NCBI RefSeq assembly: GCF_936943645.1
Contig: NZ_CAKZJO010000101.1
Span: 28,127 to 92,126, forward strand
Source: an uncultured Bradyrhizobium sp.
GTDB lineage: Bacteria > Pseudomonadota > Alphaproteobacteria > Rhizobiales > Xanthobacteraceae
Length of the DNA: 64,000 nt
Direction of reading: 5' to 3'
The number at the start of each line of letters is the position of its first letter. Position 1 is the first letter of the stretch. The translations under genes and the position numbers were made by a program. Below are positions 1-10,293 of the stretch, one piece after another. A model generated the notes under the pieces. It was not told the origin of the DNA and did no database searches. It saw only the letters and a program-made list of their open reading frames with translations.

Positions 1-265
1 GCCGCGTGGTGAAATGGCCGTAGCCGCGGTCGTACTTTCGTGCGACGTGCGCGAGCGCCCGGAGCTGGTTCGTCGCCAGCGTGCCGTAGGGGATCGCGAC
101 GCGGAACATGTAGGCGTGCAGCTGCAGATAGACGCCGTTCTGCAGGCGCAGGATCTTGAACTCGTCCTCGGTGAGCTCGCCGGAGAGGCGGCGCTTCACC
201 TGGTCGCGGAACTCCGAGACGCGCTCGTTGACGAGCGTGCGATCGATTTCGTCGTAAGCGTACAT
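1..265 (-). CDS. cysI: Sulfite reductase hemoprotein (CysI/NirA type), N-terminal fragment running off the left window edge
   Basis: Hand translation of the minus strand from ATG at 265 gives MYAYDEIDRTLVNERVSEFRDQVKRRLSGELTEDEFKILRLQNGVYLQLHAYMFRVAIPYGTLTTNQLRALAHVARKYDRGYGHFTTR. This is a typical N-terminus of alphaproteobacterial sulfite reductase. It is absent from the ORF track because no stop lies inside the window. It sits downstream of cysG and DUF2849. Confidence 0.75.
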   Translation of the reverse strand, partial: MYAYDEIDRTLVNERVSEFRDQVKRRLSGELTEDEFKILRLQNGVYLQLHAYMFRVAIPYGTLATNQLRALAHVARKYDRGYGHFTTR

Positions 266-277
266 GGGTAAAGTGCC

Positions 278-595
278 TTAAGCCTGGGCCGACTGTCCGA
301 TGGTGACACCGGTGCGACGGATCTGTTCGCGCAGATTGCCTGGTTCGATCTTGCCGTGCGCGCCGACCTGCACCGGGGCGATATAGGGTCCGATCGCGCC
401 GACGTCATCGGCGACGGACTCCGCTAGCAACGCCTTGGCCTCGTCGGAGTTGCGCACGATTGCGGCTTCCGACAGGTCCGCAGACCAGCTCTTGGCGGCA
501 GTGCGATAGACCACGATGCCATCCCAGGTCCGGTTGGCGGTCACGATCGAGGGGCCGGCGATCTTGATCTTCTTCTGTTCGAGCGGAGAGGTCAT
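278..595 (-). CDS. DUF2849-family small protein (105 aa) between cysG and cysI
   Basis: ORF-track protein MTSPLEQKKIKIAGPSIVTANRTWDGIVVYRTAAKSW... resembles the DUF2849 proteins usually found next to sulfite reductase in alphaproteobacteria. Its ATG (593-595) overlaps the cysG stop (592-594) as ATGA. Its stop lies 13 nt upstream of the cysI ATG. Confidence 0.7.
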   Translation of the reverse strand: MTSPLEQKKIKIAGPSIVTANRTWDGIVVYRTAAKSWSADLSEAAIVRNSDEAKALLAESVADDVGAIGPYIAPVQVGAHGKIEPGNLREQIRRTGVTIGQSAQA

Positions 596-2016
596 TCGGC
601 TGCATCCAATAGGTCAGAGATGATTTGGTGGGGTGTCTGGCGGCGAAGCGAGCCGGCATGCCGGACCACCTCGCCGATGATGAGAATGGCGGGACCGCCA
701 TCGGCCCGCCGGGCGAGCTCGGGCAGGTCACCGAGCGTACCGATGGCGCCTTGCGCATCGGGCCGCGTGACGCGGGCGAACACGCCGACCGGCGTCTCCG
801 GCGGACGGCCGGCAGCGAGCAGGCCCGCACGCACGGCAGGAGCAGCTGATACGCCCATGTAGACGACGATGGTCATCCGCGTGTCGGTCAGCGTCGACCA
901 GTCCACGGCTTCGGCGTCGCGCGCCTTGTGCGCGGTGAGGAAAGTGATGCGGGTTGCTTCGTGACGGTAGGTGAGCGGCACCTCGAAATCGGCGGCACCG
1001 CCAAGCCCTGCGGTGATGCCGGGAATGATGGAATAGGCAACGCCGGCGGCGCGCAGCGCTTCGATCTCTTCACCGCCGCGGCCGAATACGAAGGGATCGC
1101 CGCCCTTCAACCGCACAACACGCAGGCCGGCTTGCGCGGCCTCGACCATGCGCTGGTTGATGGCGTCCTGGCCGATGCCGGGCTTGCCGACACGGCGACC
1201 GACGGCAACGCGCGTGGTGTCGCGCCGGATGCGGTCGAGAATCTCGGACGAGACCAGCTCGTCGTGGAAGACGATGTCGGCGTCCTGCAAGGCACGCAGC
1301 GCCTTGATGGTGAGAAGATCGGGATCGCCGGGGCCGGCGCCGACCAGCGCGACGGAACCTTGCGGCTTGTCCGCGCGCGCGAAGTCGGCGGGATCGGAAA
1401 TGGCCTTCAGGGCCGCGTCAGCTTCGCTCCTGCGTCCCGAGAGCACGGCGGCGCCGATCGGGCCGTCGATCACACGCTCCCAGAAGCGCCGGCGCAGCGG
1501 AAACTCGGCGATGCGCTCGTTGATGGCTTTGCGGAAGCCGCCGATGAACTCGGCGAGCTCGCCGATGCGAGCGGGCAGCAGCGCCTCGATCTTCTCGCGC
1601 ACGCGCCGCGCCACCACCGGCGACGTGCCGCCGGTGCCGACCGCGACCACGACATCGCCGCGGTCGACAATCGCCGGGAAGATGAAGCTGGAGTGCTCGA
1701 GATCGTCCATGACGTTGACGGGAAGGCCGAGCGACTTGGCCCGAACCGACATCGCTACACCGACGTCCCCGGCGCCTGCGCAGACGACGGCAATGACGCC
1801 CGAGAGATCGGCCGTGAGCGGATCGGCCGTCGCGATCTCGATATGCGCCGCGCTCTCCGTGCTGAGACCCAAATCCTGATTGCCGTCGATCGCATGCACG
1901 CGGATGCGCGCGCCGGCGGCGGCGAGCACGCGCAACTTGGCGCGCAAAAGCTCGCCCGTGCCGATGAGAACCACCGGACCGGCCTTGAGATCGAGAAATA
2001 CCGGCAAGAACCGCAT
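592..2016 (-). CDS. cysG: Siroheme synthase (precorrin-2 dehydrogenase/ferrochelatase plus uroporphyrinogen-III methyltransferase)
   Basis: This is the C-terminal 474 aa of the 804-aa track ORF, starting MRFLPVFLDLKAGPVVLIGTGELLRAKLRVL (Rossmann-type N-domain). A SUMT domain follows (VALVGAGPGDPDLLTIKALRALQDADIVFHD...GGDPFVFGRGGEE). The track ORF is over-extended across the divergent promoter. An alternative ATG lies at 2037. Confidence 0.85.
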   Translation of the reverse strand: MRFLPVFLDLKAGPVVLIGTGELLRAKLRVLAAAGARIRVHAIDGNQDLGLSTESAAHIEIATADPLTADLSGVIAVVCAGAGDVGVAMSVRAKSLGLPVNVMDDLEHSSFIFPAIVDRGDVVVAVGTGGTSPVVARRVREKIEALLPARIGELAEFIGGFRKAINERIAEFPLRRRFWERVIDGPIGAAVLSGRRSEADAALKAISDPADFARADKPQGSVALVGAGPGDPDLLTIKALRALQDADIVFHDELVSSEILDRIRRDTTRVAVGRRVGKPGIGQDAINQRMVEAAQAGLRVVRLKGGDPFVFGRGGEEIEALRAAGVAYSIIPGITAGLGGAADFEVPLTYRHEATRITFLTAHKARDAEAVDWSTLTDTRMTIVVYMGVSAAPAVRAGLLAAGRPPETPVGVFARVTRPDAQGAIGTLGDLPELARRADGGPAILIIGEVVRHAGSLRRQTPHQIISDLLDAAE

Positions 2017-2193
2017 GCGATACTCGCTTCCCCACATCCGGGGTTGACTGGAATTATTTTCTATATATGTGTCATTTCTGGCGCGCAAAGAGAAATTTTT
2101 TCTTCTCTTCCGCGTCGCGACTATAGAATTTTCGCCTCCAAACGCAAAGTGGCAGAGATGCATCTTCTCAGGGACGATTCCGCAGCTATCGGA
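2017..2193. promoter_or_regulatory. Divergent cysG / cysD promoter region (AT-rich spacer)
   Basis: This is the only AT-rich stretch between the two divergent sulfur-assimilation units (ggaattattttctatatatgtgtcatttctgg...aaattttttcttctcttcc). No specific operator is recognised. Confidence 0.35.
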
Positions 2194-3054
2194 ATGAGCA
2201 GCAAGGCCCCCCTCGCACGCGCGGGCTCGGAAGAATTTTCCGCCGATGTTGCGCCGAGCATGGACCATCTCGACCAGCTCGAGGCGCAGAGCATCTACAT
2301 CTTCCGCGAGGCCTTTGCCCGCCTGAAGAAGATCGCGCTGCTGTGGTCGCTCGGCAAGGACTCCAACGTCATGATCTGGCTGGCGCGGAAAGCGTTCTTC
2401 GGCCGCATGCCGTTCCCGGCGCTCCATGTCGACACCGGCAAGAAGTTTCCGGAGATGTATCGCTTCCGCGACCACTACGGCAAAGAGTGGGATCTCGATC
2501 TGCGCGTCGAGCCCTGCCCGCCCATCGATGCCGTCGATCCGACGCTGCCGCCGGCGGCCCGTTCCGCCGCGCGCAAGACCGAAGGTCTCAAGATGGCGCT
2601 CGCCAAATACGGCTTCGACGGCCTGATCGCCGGCATCCGCCGCGACGAGGAGGCGACGCGCGCCAAGGAACGCGTGTTCTCGCCGCGCGGCCTTGAGGGC
2701 AATTGGGACGTGCGCGACCAGCCGCCGGAGTTCTGGGACCATTTCAACGCCTCGCCGCCGCAAGGCGCGCATTTGCGCATCCATCCGATCCTGCATTGGA
2801 CCGAGGCCGATATCTGGGCCTACACCAAGCGCGAGAACATCCCGATCATCCCGCTTTATCTCTCGCAGAACGGCAAGCGCTATCGCTCGCTCGGAGATCA
2901 GGACATCACCAACCCCGTGAATTCGACGGCGTCGACCATCGACGAGATCCTGATCGAGCTCGAACAGACCAAGGTGCCGGAGCGCGCAGGGCGCGCGCTC
3001 GACCACGAGACCGAGGACGCCTTCGAGCGCCTTCGCGTCGCCGGCTATCTCTGA
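2194..3054 (+). CDS. cysD: Sulfate adenylyltransferase subunit 2
   Basis: Contains [16 protein letters not shown]...[11 protein letters not shown] (PAPS-reductase-like SGGKDS-type loop), [12 protein letters not shown] and [17 protein letters not shown]. The start is ambiguous among ATG 2158, 2194 and 2260. The stop is TGA at 3052-3054. Confidence 0.9.
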   Translation: MSSKAPLARAGSEEFSADVAPSMDHLDQLEAQSIYIFREAFARLKKIALLWSLGKDSNVMIWLARKAFFGRMPFPALHVDTGKKFPEMYRFRDHYGKEWDLDLRVEPCPPIDAVDPTLPPAARSAARKTEGLKMALAKYGFDGLIAGIRRDEEATRAKERVFSPRGLEGNWDVRDQPPEFWDHFNASPPQGAHLRIHPILHWTEADIWAYTKRENIPIIPLYLSQNGKRYRSLGDQDITNPVNSTASTIDEILIELEQTKVPERAGRALDHETEDAFERLRVAGYL

Positions 3055-3076
3055 TCCTCAAGGACGCGAGCGCGAC

Positions 3077-4993
3077 ATGAACATGATCGTCACCCCAACC
3101 TCGCCCGCCACGCCGAACGGCACCACCCGTCCGCAGGTCCGCATCGTCATCGTCGGCCACGTCGACCACGGCAAGTCGACGCTGGTCGGCCGCCTGTTGC
3201 ACGAGACCGGCAGCCTGCCCGACGGCAAGCTGGAAATGCTGAAAGCCGTCAGCGCCCGGCGCGGCATGCCGTTCGAATGGTCGTTCCTGCTCGACGCGCT
3301 GCAGACCGAGCGCGACCAGGGCATCACCATCGACACTACCCAGATCCGCTTCCGCACCAATTCGCGCGACATCGTGCTGATCGACGCGCCGGGCCACGCC
3401 GAATTCCTGCGCAACATGATCACCGGCGCTTCACAGGCCGACGGCGCGGTGCTGATCATCGACGCGCTCGAAGGCGTGCGCGACCAGACACGGCGGCACG
3501 GCTATCTGCTGCATCTGCTCGGCGTGAAGCAGGTCGCCGTCGTCGTCAACAAGATGGATCGGGTCGATTTTTCCGCTGACCGCTTCAAGGCGATCAGCGA
3601 CGAGATTTCCGCCCATCTCAACGGCCTCGGCGTGACGCCCACGGCGGTGATTCCGATTTCGGCGCGCGATGGCGATGGCGTCGCCGAGCATACCGATCGG
3701 ATCGGCTGGTACAAGGGGCCCACCGTGGTCGAGGCGCTCGACGCCCTCGAACCGGCGCGGCCGCTGGAATCGCTGGCGCTGCGTCTACCGGTGCAGGCGA
3801 TCTACAAGTTCGACGACCGCCGCATCGTCGCGGGGCGCATCGAGTCCGGCAGCCTCGTCGCCGGCGACGAGATCGTGATCATGCCGGCCGGCAAGATCGC
3901 CAAGATCAAGACGGTCGAGAGCTGGCCGGTGACGCCGGTCGCGGGACGGCAAGGTGCCGGACGCTCGGTCGGCATCACGCTCGACCGCGAATTGTTCATC
4001 GAGCGCGGTGACATCGTCGCGCATGCCGCCACCGCCCCGCGCGAGACGCGGCGGCTGCGCGCGCGCATCTTCTGGCTGCATGACAAGCCGCTCGCCAAGG
4101 GCGACCAGTTGCTGGTCCGCTGCGGGCCGAAGGAAAGCCGCGCGACCGTCGTCGCCATCGAGAAGGCTGTCGATCCCGGCGAGCTCGCGAGCAGCGAGAA
4201 CAAGGCGATCGGCCGCAACCATGTCGGCGAGATCGACATTTCTTTGTCGAACCCGATTGCCACCGATCCCTACACGGAAAACCCGCGCACCGGGCGCCTG
4301 GTGATCGAAGTGTCCGGGCGTATCGCAGGCGGCGGCCTCGTTCTGTCGGTCGACGCCGGCCAGCGCGCCGTGCCCGTCGACATCGTGCCGGTGGAATCAG
4401 CGCTGCGTCCCGACGAGCGCTCCGCGCGCTATCAGCACAACGGCGCCGTGGTCTGGCTCACCGGCCTGCCCGCTTCGGGCAAGTCGACGCTGGCCAAGGC
4501 ACTGGAGCGGCGCCTCTTCACCAATGGCGGCTCGCCGATCCTGCTCGACGGCGACACGTTGCGCGCCGGCCTCAACGGCGATCTCGGCTTCTCCGCAGCC
4601 GATCGCAGCGAGAACATCCGCCGCCTCGCCGAAGTCGCGACGCATCTCGCCCGCAACGGCCACATCGCCATCGTCGCCGCGGTCTCGCCCGCGCGCGAAG
4701 ACCGCGCCACCGCGCGCCGCATCGCCGACACCACCTTCCGCGAGATCCATGTCGCAACGCCGGCCGAGGTGTGCGAGGAGCGCGATCCCAAGGGCCACTA
4801 CAAGAAGGCGCGCGCCGGCGCGCTGGCCTCGTTCACCGGCATCGGCAACGATTACGAAGCGCCGCAGGCGGCCGAGCTCGTGATCGACACCTCGACACGG
4901 ACGGTCGCCGAGGCCGCCGACGAGATCGAGCGCATGCTGAAGACATCAGGCGTGCTGTTCGACGAGGTCGTGGACCTCGCCGCGAATATCTAG
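3077..4993 (+). CDS. cysNC: Bifunctional sulfate adenylyltransferase subunit 1 / adenylylsulfate (APS) kinase
   Basis: The N-terminal GTPase has [15 protein letters not shown] and NKMD motifs. The C-terminal APS kinase has [17 protein letters not shown] and [27 protein letters not shown]. It is a single 638-aa ORF starting 23 nt after cysD. Confidence 0.9.
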   Translation: MNMIVTPTSPATPNGTTRPQVRIVIVGHVDHGKSTLVGRLLHETGSLPDGKLEMLKAVSARRGMPFEWSFLLDALQTERDQGITIDTTQIRFRTNSRDIVLIDAPGHAEFLRNMITGASQADGAVLIIDALEGVRDQTRRHGYLLHLLGVKQVAVVVNKMDRVDFSADRFKAISDEISAHLNGLGVTPTAVIPISARDGDGVAEHTDRIGWYKGPTVVEALDALEPARPLESLALRLPVQAIYKFDDRRIVAGRIESGSLVAGDEIVIMPAGKIAKIKTVESWPVTPVAGRQGAGRSVGITLDRELFIERGDIVAHAATAPRETRRLRARIFWLHDKPLAKGDQLLVRCGPKESRATVVAIEKAVDPGELASSENKAIGRNHVGEIDISLSNPIATDPYTENPRTGRLVIEVSGRIAGGGLVLSVDAGQRAVPVDIVPVESALRPDERSARYQHNGAVVWLTGLPASGKSTLAKALERRLFTNGGSPILLDGDTLRAGLNGDLGFSAADRSENIRRLAEVATHLARNGHIAIVAAVSPAREDRATARRIADTTFREIHVATPAEVCEERDPKGHYKKARAGALASFTGIGNDYEAPQAAELVIDTSTRTVAEAADEIERMLKTSGVLFDEVVDLAANI

Positions 4994-5040
4994 CGCGTAC
5001 TTCGCGGGTTCACGCGCCGCCGCCGCACAGGCAGTACGTT

Positions 5041-5180
5041 CCCTCCCCTCTTGCGGGGGAGGGTTAGGGAGAGGGGTCCACCCGGGGATTCTCTCCACCA
5101 GAAGCATTCCGCTCCGTCGATCTCAAACACACCTTTTCCTGGGCTACCCCTCTCCCTCGCCTTCCCCCGCAAGGGGGGAG
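5041..5180. repeat. REP/MITE-like element: two inverted copies of a G/C-run hairpin motif flanking about 65 nt
   Basis: The left arm is ccctcccctcttgcgggggagggttagggagaggggt (5041-5077). The right arm is acccctctccctcgccttcccccgcaagggggga (5146-5179). The reverse complement of the right arm matches the left arm over cttgcggggga.gg..agggagaggggt. Each arm also folds on itself (ccctcccc / ggggaggg). Confidence 0.55.
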
Positions 5181-5396
5181 CGCAGCGGTGTGCGCGGCGG
5201 CGAGCCGGGCCTAACCGCTTGTAAAAGGCGTCAGTCCCGCCCCCTCTCCTTGACATTTTGACAACTTATGGAGGTCTTCTCACCGCCCCGGTTTTGGGGC
5301 TAATAGGGCCCCGAAAGCCGCCCTCGATGGGCGCATTTTGCTGCTGTTGGGTCAAAAGCAGCCAAAAAACAGCCATTTCCAACAAGAAAGCCCATC

Positions 5397-7562
5397 ATGA
5401 AACGCGTCGATGCCCACGGATTGAAGATCGCCCCCGTCCTGTTTGACTTCATCGCCAAGGAAGCGGCCCCGAAAACGGGGATCGCGCCGGACGCGTTCTG
5501 GGCCGGGGTTGCAGGCATCATCAAGGATCTGGGACCGAAGAACCGCGCGCTGCTGGCGGTGCGCGACACGCTGCAGGCCAAGATCGACGACTGGCACCGC
5601 GCCAATAAGGGCAAGGCGTTCGATCTCAACGCCTATACCGCCTTCCTCAAGGAGATCAGCTATCTCGTCCCGGAGCCGGCGACGCAGAAGGTCGAGACCG
5701 CTAATGTGGACGAGGAAATCGGCAAGATCTGCGGTCCGCAGCTCGTCGTGCCCCTCACCAATGCGCGCTATGCGCTGAACGCTGCGAACGCGCGCTGGGG
5801 TTCGCTGTACGACGCCTTCTACGGCACCGATGCGATCCCGCACGATCCGTCCGAGGGCGGCAAGGGTTACAACAAGGCACGCGGCGACAAGGTGATCGCC
5901 AAGGCCAAGGCGTTCCTCGATGCCGCCGCGCCGCTCGCCACCGGCAGCCACACCGACGTCACCGCCTATAGCGTCGTCGCGGGCCATCTCGCGGTGAAGC
6001 TGAAGAGCGGCAACGCCACCGCGCTGAAGGAAGCCGCGCAGTTCGCGGGCTTCCAGGGCGATGCGGCTTCCCCGTCCGCCGTGCTGTTCGTCAACAACGG
6101 CCTGCATGTCGAGGTGAAGATCGACCGCAGCAGCGCGATCGGCAAGGACGATCCGGCCGGCGTCGCCGACATGATCATGGAATCCGCGGTCTCGACCATT
6201 CTCGACATGGAAGACTCGGTCGCCGCCGTCGATGCCGAGGACAAGGTGCTGGTCTACCGCAATACCCTCGGCCTGATGAACGGCACGCTGTCGGCTGACT
6301 TCGAGAAGGGCGGCAAGACGCTGACGCGCTCGCTCAACGCCGACCGCAGCTACAAGACTCCCGACGGCAAGGGCGAAGTGAAGCTGCACGGCCGCAGCCT
6401 GCTGCTGATGCGCAATTGCGGTCACCACATGTTCACCGACGCGGTGCTGGACGAAAAGGGCGAAGAGGCCCCCGAGGGTTTGCTCGATGCCGCCGTCTCG
6501 GGCCTGCTCGCGATCCACGACCTCAAGGGCAACTCCAAGGTCAAGAACAGCCGCACCGGATCGGCCTATATCGTCAAGCCGAAGATGCACGGCCCGGACG
6601 AGGTGTCGCTGACCTGCGAGATCTTCGACCGCGTCGAGAAGATGCTCTCGCTGCCCGAGAACACGCTGAAGGTCGGCATCATGGACGAGGAGCGCCGCAC
6701 CACCGTCAACCTCAAGGCCTGCATCCAGCGCGCCTCCAAGCGCATCATGTTCATCAACACCGGCTTCCTCGACCGCACCGGCGACGAGATCCACACCTCG
6801 ATGGAAGCGGGCCCGATGATCCGCAAGAACGAGATGAAGGCGCAGGCCTGGATCAAGGCCTATGAGGACTGGAACGTCGACATGGGCCTCATCGACGGCC
6901 TTCCCGGCCACGCCCAGATCGGCAAGGGCATGTGGGCCGCACCCGACAAGATGGCAGACATGCTTGCCCAGAAGCTCGGCCACCCGCAGGCCGGCGCCAC
7001 CACCGCCTGGGTGCCTTCGCCGACCGCGGCAACGCTGCACGCGCTGCACTACCATCAGGTCAACGTGACCGCGCGCCAGCAGGAGCTGACCAAGGGCGGC
7101 CCGCGCGCAAAGCTCTCGGACATCCTCACCATTCCGGTGTCGAAGTCGAACTGGGCGCCTGATGACGTCAAGCAGGAGATCGACAACAACTGCCAGGGCA
7201 TCCTCGGCTACGTGGTACGCTGGATCGACCAGGGCGTCGGCTGCTCCAAGGTGCCCGACATCCACGACGTCGGCCTGATGGAAGACCGCGCGACCTTGCG
7301 CATCTCCAGCCAGCATCTCGCCAACTGGCTGCATCAGGGCGTCATCACCGAAGCGCAGGTGATGGAATCGCTGAAGCGCATGGCGGTCGTCGTCGACAAG
7401 CAAAACGCCGGCGATGCCATCTACAAGCCGATGGCGCCCGCCTTTGACGGCGTTGCCTTCAAGGCCGCCTGCGACCTCATCTTCAAGGGCCGCGAGCAGC
7501 CGAACGGCTACACCGAGTACATCCTCACCGCACGCCGCCGCGAGGCCAAGGCGCTTGGCTGA
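5397..7562 (+). CDS. glcB: Malate synthase G
   Basis: The 721-aa ORF contains [50 protein letters not shown] and [23 protein letters not shown], all typical of GlcB. Confidence 0.92.
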   Translation: MKRVDAHGLKIAPVLFDFIAKEAAPKTGIAPDAFWAGVAGIIKDLGPKNRALLAVRDTLQAKIDDWHRANKGKAFDLNAYTAFLKEISYLVPEPATQKVETANVDEEIGKICGPQLVVPLTNARYALNAANARWGSLYDAFYGTDAIPHDPSEGGKGYNKARGDKVIAKAKAFLDAAAPLATGSHTDVTAYSVVAGHLAVKLKSGNATALKEAAQFAGFQGDAASPSAVLFVNNGLHVEVKIDRSSAIGKDDPAGVADMIMESAVSTILDMEDSVAAVDAEDKVLVYRNTLGLMNGTLSADFEKGGKTLTRSLNADRSYKTPDGKGEVKLHGRSLLLMRNCGHHMFTDAVLDEKGEEAPEGLLDAAVSGLLAIHDLKGNSKVKNSRTGSAYIVKPKMHGPDEVSLTCEIFDRVEKMLSLPENTLKVGIMDEERRTTVNLKACIQRASKRIMFINTGFLDRTGDEIHTSMEAGPMIRKNEMKAQAWIKAYEDWNVDMGLIDGLPGHAQIGKGMWAAPDKMADMLAQKLGHPQAGATTAWVPSPTAATLHALHYHQVNVTARQQELTKGGPRAKLSDILTIPVSKSNWAPDDVKQEIDNNCQGILGYVVRWIDQGVGCSKVPDIHDVGLMEDRATLRISSQHLANWLHQGVITEAQVMESLKRMAVVVDKQNAGDAIYKPMAPAFDGVAFKAACDLIFKGREQPNGYTEYILTARRREAKALG

Positions 7563-7584
7563 GGCCAGTCACGGCAATGTCAAA

Positions 7585-7612
7585 AGCCCCGGCGCGAGCC
7601 GGGGCTTTTTTG
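7585..7612 (+). terminator. Intrinsic terminator of glcB
   Basis: A 9-bp stem agccccggc / gccggggct with loop gcga is followed by a tttttgttt run. It begins 23 nt after the glcB stop. Confidence 0.7.
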
Positions 7613-7624
7613 TTTGAGGAGTAA

Positions 7625-7650
7625 CCCGGATAGGCGGAGCGAAATCCGGG
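7625..7650. repeat. REP-type hairpin (cccggat...atccggg)
   Basis: The sequence cccggataggcggagcgaaatccggg has 7-bp arms. It belongs to the same cccgg-type hairpin family seen at 12653-12696 and 26222-26299. Confidence 0.4.
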
Positions 7651-7705
7651 ACCTTTGTTGCTGCTCACGGATATCGCTTCGCTCGTCTGGGCTACGATAC
7701 CTTCA

Positions 7706-7861
7706 CTAGAACACCGCGAGATATTTCAGCAACGACACGATGCCAATAATGATGACGATCACGCGCGCGATCTGCTTGGCGCGCCCGTCCATCGGCAGCA
7801 TGTTGATGAGATAGAGAACGAGAATAACGACGAGAAAAGTAACGAGCACGCCCACCAGCAT
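7706..7861 (-). CDS. Small hydrophobic membrane protein, 51 aa (resembles the Thivi_2564-type small membrane protein family)
   Basis: It falls below the ORF-track length cut-off. Hand translation gives MLVGVLVTFLVVILVLYLINMLPMDGRAKQIARVIVIIIGIVSLLKYLAVF*. A GAAGGGGG Shine-Dalgarno lies about 8 nt upstream. The product has two hydrophobic segments and mostly G/C-ending codons. The overlapping track ORFs 7655-7954(+) and 7759-7974(-) look non-coding. Confidence 0.55.
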   Translation of the reverse strand: MLVGVLVTFLVVILVLYLINMLPMDGRAKQIARVIVIIIGIVSLLKYLAVF

Positions 7862-7979
7862 CGCGGGACCCCCTTCAGGCAAATTGCGATCCCTTCTCTA
7901 ACGCCCGTCACTCGCGCTGGTTCCACGCAGGCAACCCGTTGCAACTTCTGGTAATTCCGTATTTCTACAGGCACACGGG

Positions 7980-8001
7980 CTGCCTAAAACTTTACCCTTT
8001 T
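7980..8001 (+). promoter_or_regulatory. Conserved upstream motif CTGCCTAA..CTTTACCCTTTT, copy 1 (150 nt before the MCP-1 ATG)
   Basis: The sequence ctgcctaaaactttacccttttg is repeated as ctgcctaagtctttacccttttc at 10272-10293. Both copies lie at the same distance from the paralogous start codon. Confidence 0.4.
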
Positions 8002-8129
8002 GCTCTCAGATGCCGAGACCATGCGGGTCTTGCGCCCGAATGGCATGCGATTGCCGACCTGCCGCGCCCAATGTCTCGATGTTTGCCGGGCGTCTTTTTA
8101 CTTTGGACATGGGACTTGAGGGGACTTCG

Positions 8130-10223
8130 ATGCTCAATCGTCTGACCGTATCCGCGCTGCTCAAGGCGGTGATCGCGATCACGTCGGCCTGTGTGGTGAT
8201 CGCCCTCTCGCTCACCGCCTATGAGTCCTGGGATCGGTTGAGGACCGCCACCCGCATCTCCCAGATCACGGATGCGTCCGCGGATTTGTTCAAGGCGATG
8301 CACAATCTGCGCACCGACCGTTCGACCACCAACCGGCTCCTCAACTCGACCGAGCCGATGGATGCCGAGATCGAGAAATATCTGCGTGCGATCCGCGACG
8401 CCGAGATGCCCGCGATGGCGCACGCGCTGGAGCTGCTGCCGGCGATGGACTTTCCGCAATCCGCCACGCTGGTGCCGGAGTTCGCGCGCCTCTACAAATC
8501 GGCGACCGAGCAGCAGAAGCAGTTCTGGGAGGACGTCGCCAAACCGAAGGACCAGCGGCGCGCCGGCCTGCCGAAGGCCTATATGGAGACGACGCAGGGC
8601 CTGCTCGACACGCTCGACAAGCTTTCGAACGCCCTCGCCGCCACCGTCAACCACCAGGACGCCACGATCGACCAGCTGCTGTCGATCAAGCAGAATGCCT
8701 GGCTGCTCCGCAACACCGGCGGTGAAGCCTCGCTGGTCGTCTCGACCGGGCTCAACGCCGGCCGCGTCGCGCCGGAGGCCCGCCTCGCCTACACCCAATT
8801 CGTCGGCGGGACGGCCGCGACATGGAAGGCGCTGGAATTGTCGACTTCGGGCATGCAGCTGCCGCAGGCGCTGTCGTCGGCCATGGCCGCGGCCAAGACC
8901 GCCTATTTCGATCCGCAATATCTGGCCCTGCGCGATCGCCTGGTGGGCGCGCTGGCCAATGGCGAAAAGGCCGAAATGACCGCGAACCAGTGGACCCCCG
9001 TGACCGTGGGCCGCCTGTCGAGCGCAGTTGCCGTCGCCGAGGCGGCACTCGACGCCGCCAAGAACCATACGCTGGAGCAGCGCAGTGCCGCGCTGCGCGC
9101 GCTGATCGTGCAGCTCGTGCTGCTTGCGCTTGCCCTCGGGCTTGCCGCGGGCGCGATCATGCTGGTCAGCCGCCGCGTGATCCGTCCCCTCAACACCATC
9201 CGCGACGCCATGCTCAAGGTCGCGGGCGGCGACCTTGCCGTCGACAGCGGTTATCTCGATCGCCAGGATGAGATCGGCGCACTTGCCGGTGCGCTGGAAA
9301 CCTTCAAGCAGCAGGCCACCGACAAGCTCAGGATCGAACAGCAGGAGCGCGAGCGCAACGCGGGCGCCGCCGCACGCCAGCGCGCCGTCGAGGCCTATGT
9401 CGGCGAGTTCGAGGGCGCCGTGCGCAAGACGCTCGGCGAATTGGGCGAGGCCTCCGGCGAGATGCGCAAGACATCCGGCGACCTCTCCGCCGTGTCGCGC
9501 CAGACCAACGACCGGGTGCAGATCGCCGGCAAGGCGTCCAACGACGCCTCGATGAGCGTCGACAGCGTGGCCGCCGCCGCCGAGGAGCTCTCGGCCTCGA
9601 TCAACGACATCAGCCAGCAGGCGGCCCATGCCGCCGGCATCGCCGGCCGCGCCGTCACGCAGGCGCGCGAGACCGACGGCACCGTTCAGGGCCTGGCGAA
9701 GTCGGCGGGCCGCATCGGCGAAGTCGTCGGCCTCATCAACACCATCGCGGCCCAGACCAACCTGCTTGCGCTCAACGCCACCATCGAGGCCGCGCGCGCC
9801 GGCGAGGCCGGCCGCGGCTTTGCCGTGGTCGCCTCCGAGGTGAAATCGCTGGCAAGCCAGACGGCGAAGGCGACCGAGGAAATCTCCGAGCAGATCGCCG
9901 ACATCCAGAAGGTCGCGGGCGATGCCATCAACGCGATCCAGACCATCGGCGGCATCATCGGCGAAGTGAACGAGGTGGCCACCGCGATCGCCGCCGCCGT
10001 GCAGGAGCAGGGCGCGGCGACCCAGGAGATCACTCGCAGCACCCAATATGCGGCTCAGGGTACCAAGAACGTGTCGGACAACATTACCGGCGTCAAAGCC
10101 GACGCGGATGCCGCCGCCGCGGCCGCCGACAATGTGAAGCAGGCTTCCGAAATGCTGGAAACCCAGAGCCGCCAACTCGGCCACGAGGTCAGCGACTTCC
10201 TCGGCAAGATTCGCGCGGCGTAA
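8130..10223 (+). CDS. Methyl-accepting chemotaxis protein, paralogue 1 (697 aa)
   Basis: Starts [21 protein letters not shown] (TM1) after a GAGGGGA RBS. It has a periplasmic sensor, TM2, a HAMP domain ([20 protein letters not shown]) and the conserved signalling hairpin ([37 protein letters not shown]). The track ORF begins upstream at 8010. Confidence 0.9.
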   Translation: MLNRLTVSALLKAVIAITSACVVIALSLTAYESWDRLRTATRISQITDASADLFKAMHNLRTDRSTTNRLLNSTEPMDAEIEKYLRAIRDAEMPAMAHALELLPAMDFPQSATLVPEFARLYKSATEQQKQFWEDVAKPKDQRRAGLPKAYMETTQGLLDTLDKLSNALAATVNHQDATIDQLLSIKQNAWLLRNTGGEASLVVSTGLNAGRVAPEARLAYTQFVGGTAATWKALELSTSGMQLPQALSSAMAAAKTAYFDPQYLALRDRLVGALANGEKAEMTANQWTPVTVGRLSSAVAVAEAALDAAKNHTLEQRSAALRALIVQLVLLALALGLAAGAIMLVSRRVIRPLNTIRDAMLKVAGGDLAVDSGYLDRQDEIGALAGALETFKQQATDKLRIEQQERERNAGAAARQRAVEAYVGEFEGAVRKTLGELGEASGEMRKTSGDLSAVSRQTNDRVQIAGKASNDASMSVDSVAAAAEELSASINDISQQAAHAAGIAGRAVTQARETDGTVQGLAKSAGRIGEVVGLINTIAAQTNLLALNATIEAARAGEAGRGFAVVASEVKSLASQTAKATEEISEQIADIQKVAGDAINAIQTIGGIIGEVNEVATAIAAAVQEQGAATQEITRSTQYAAQGTKNVSDNITGVKADADAAAAAADNVKQASEMLETQSRQLGHEVSDFLGKIRAA

Positions 10224-10271
10224 GCACGGATCGCGGAGCACTTCGCCCCCCGTAATTTTACGGCGGGAACA

Positions 10272-10293
10272 CTGCCTAAGTCTTTACCCTTTT
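10272..10293 (+). promoter_or_regulatory. Conserved upstream motif, copy 2 (149 nt before the MCP-2 ATG)
   Basis: See 7980-8001. The sequence is ctgcctaagtctttacccttttc. Confidence 0.4.

Noticed and set aside
592-3054. Track ORFs of 804 aa (minus strand) and 708 aa (plus strand) that span the cysG/cysD divergent promoter
   Set aside because: Each is a real gene (cysG or cysD) artificially extended through the opposite gene because of the lack of stop codons in GC-rich DNA. They were trimmed to the start codons that match the known N-termini.
5352-7403. 683-aa minus-strand ORF covering almost all of glcB
   Set aside because: This is a typical high-GC shadow ORF antisense to a confidently identified gene. 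The product is low-complexity and rich in Arg, Ala, Gly and Asp, with no recognisable motif.
8035-8052. Sigma-54-like TGGCATgcgaTTGC upstream of MCP-1
   Set aside because: The GG-to-GC spacing is 9 nt rather than the required 10, and the -24 element is TGGCAT. This is most likely a chance resemblance.
7992-10241. 749-aa minus-strand ORF antisense to MCP-1, with similar shorter ones over MCP-2
   Set aside because: It is an antisense shadow of a well-supported chemoreceptor gene. Its composition is repetitive (runs of G, R, A, D and L) and it has no start context.
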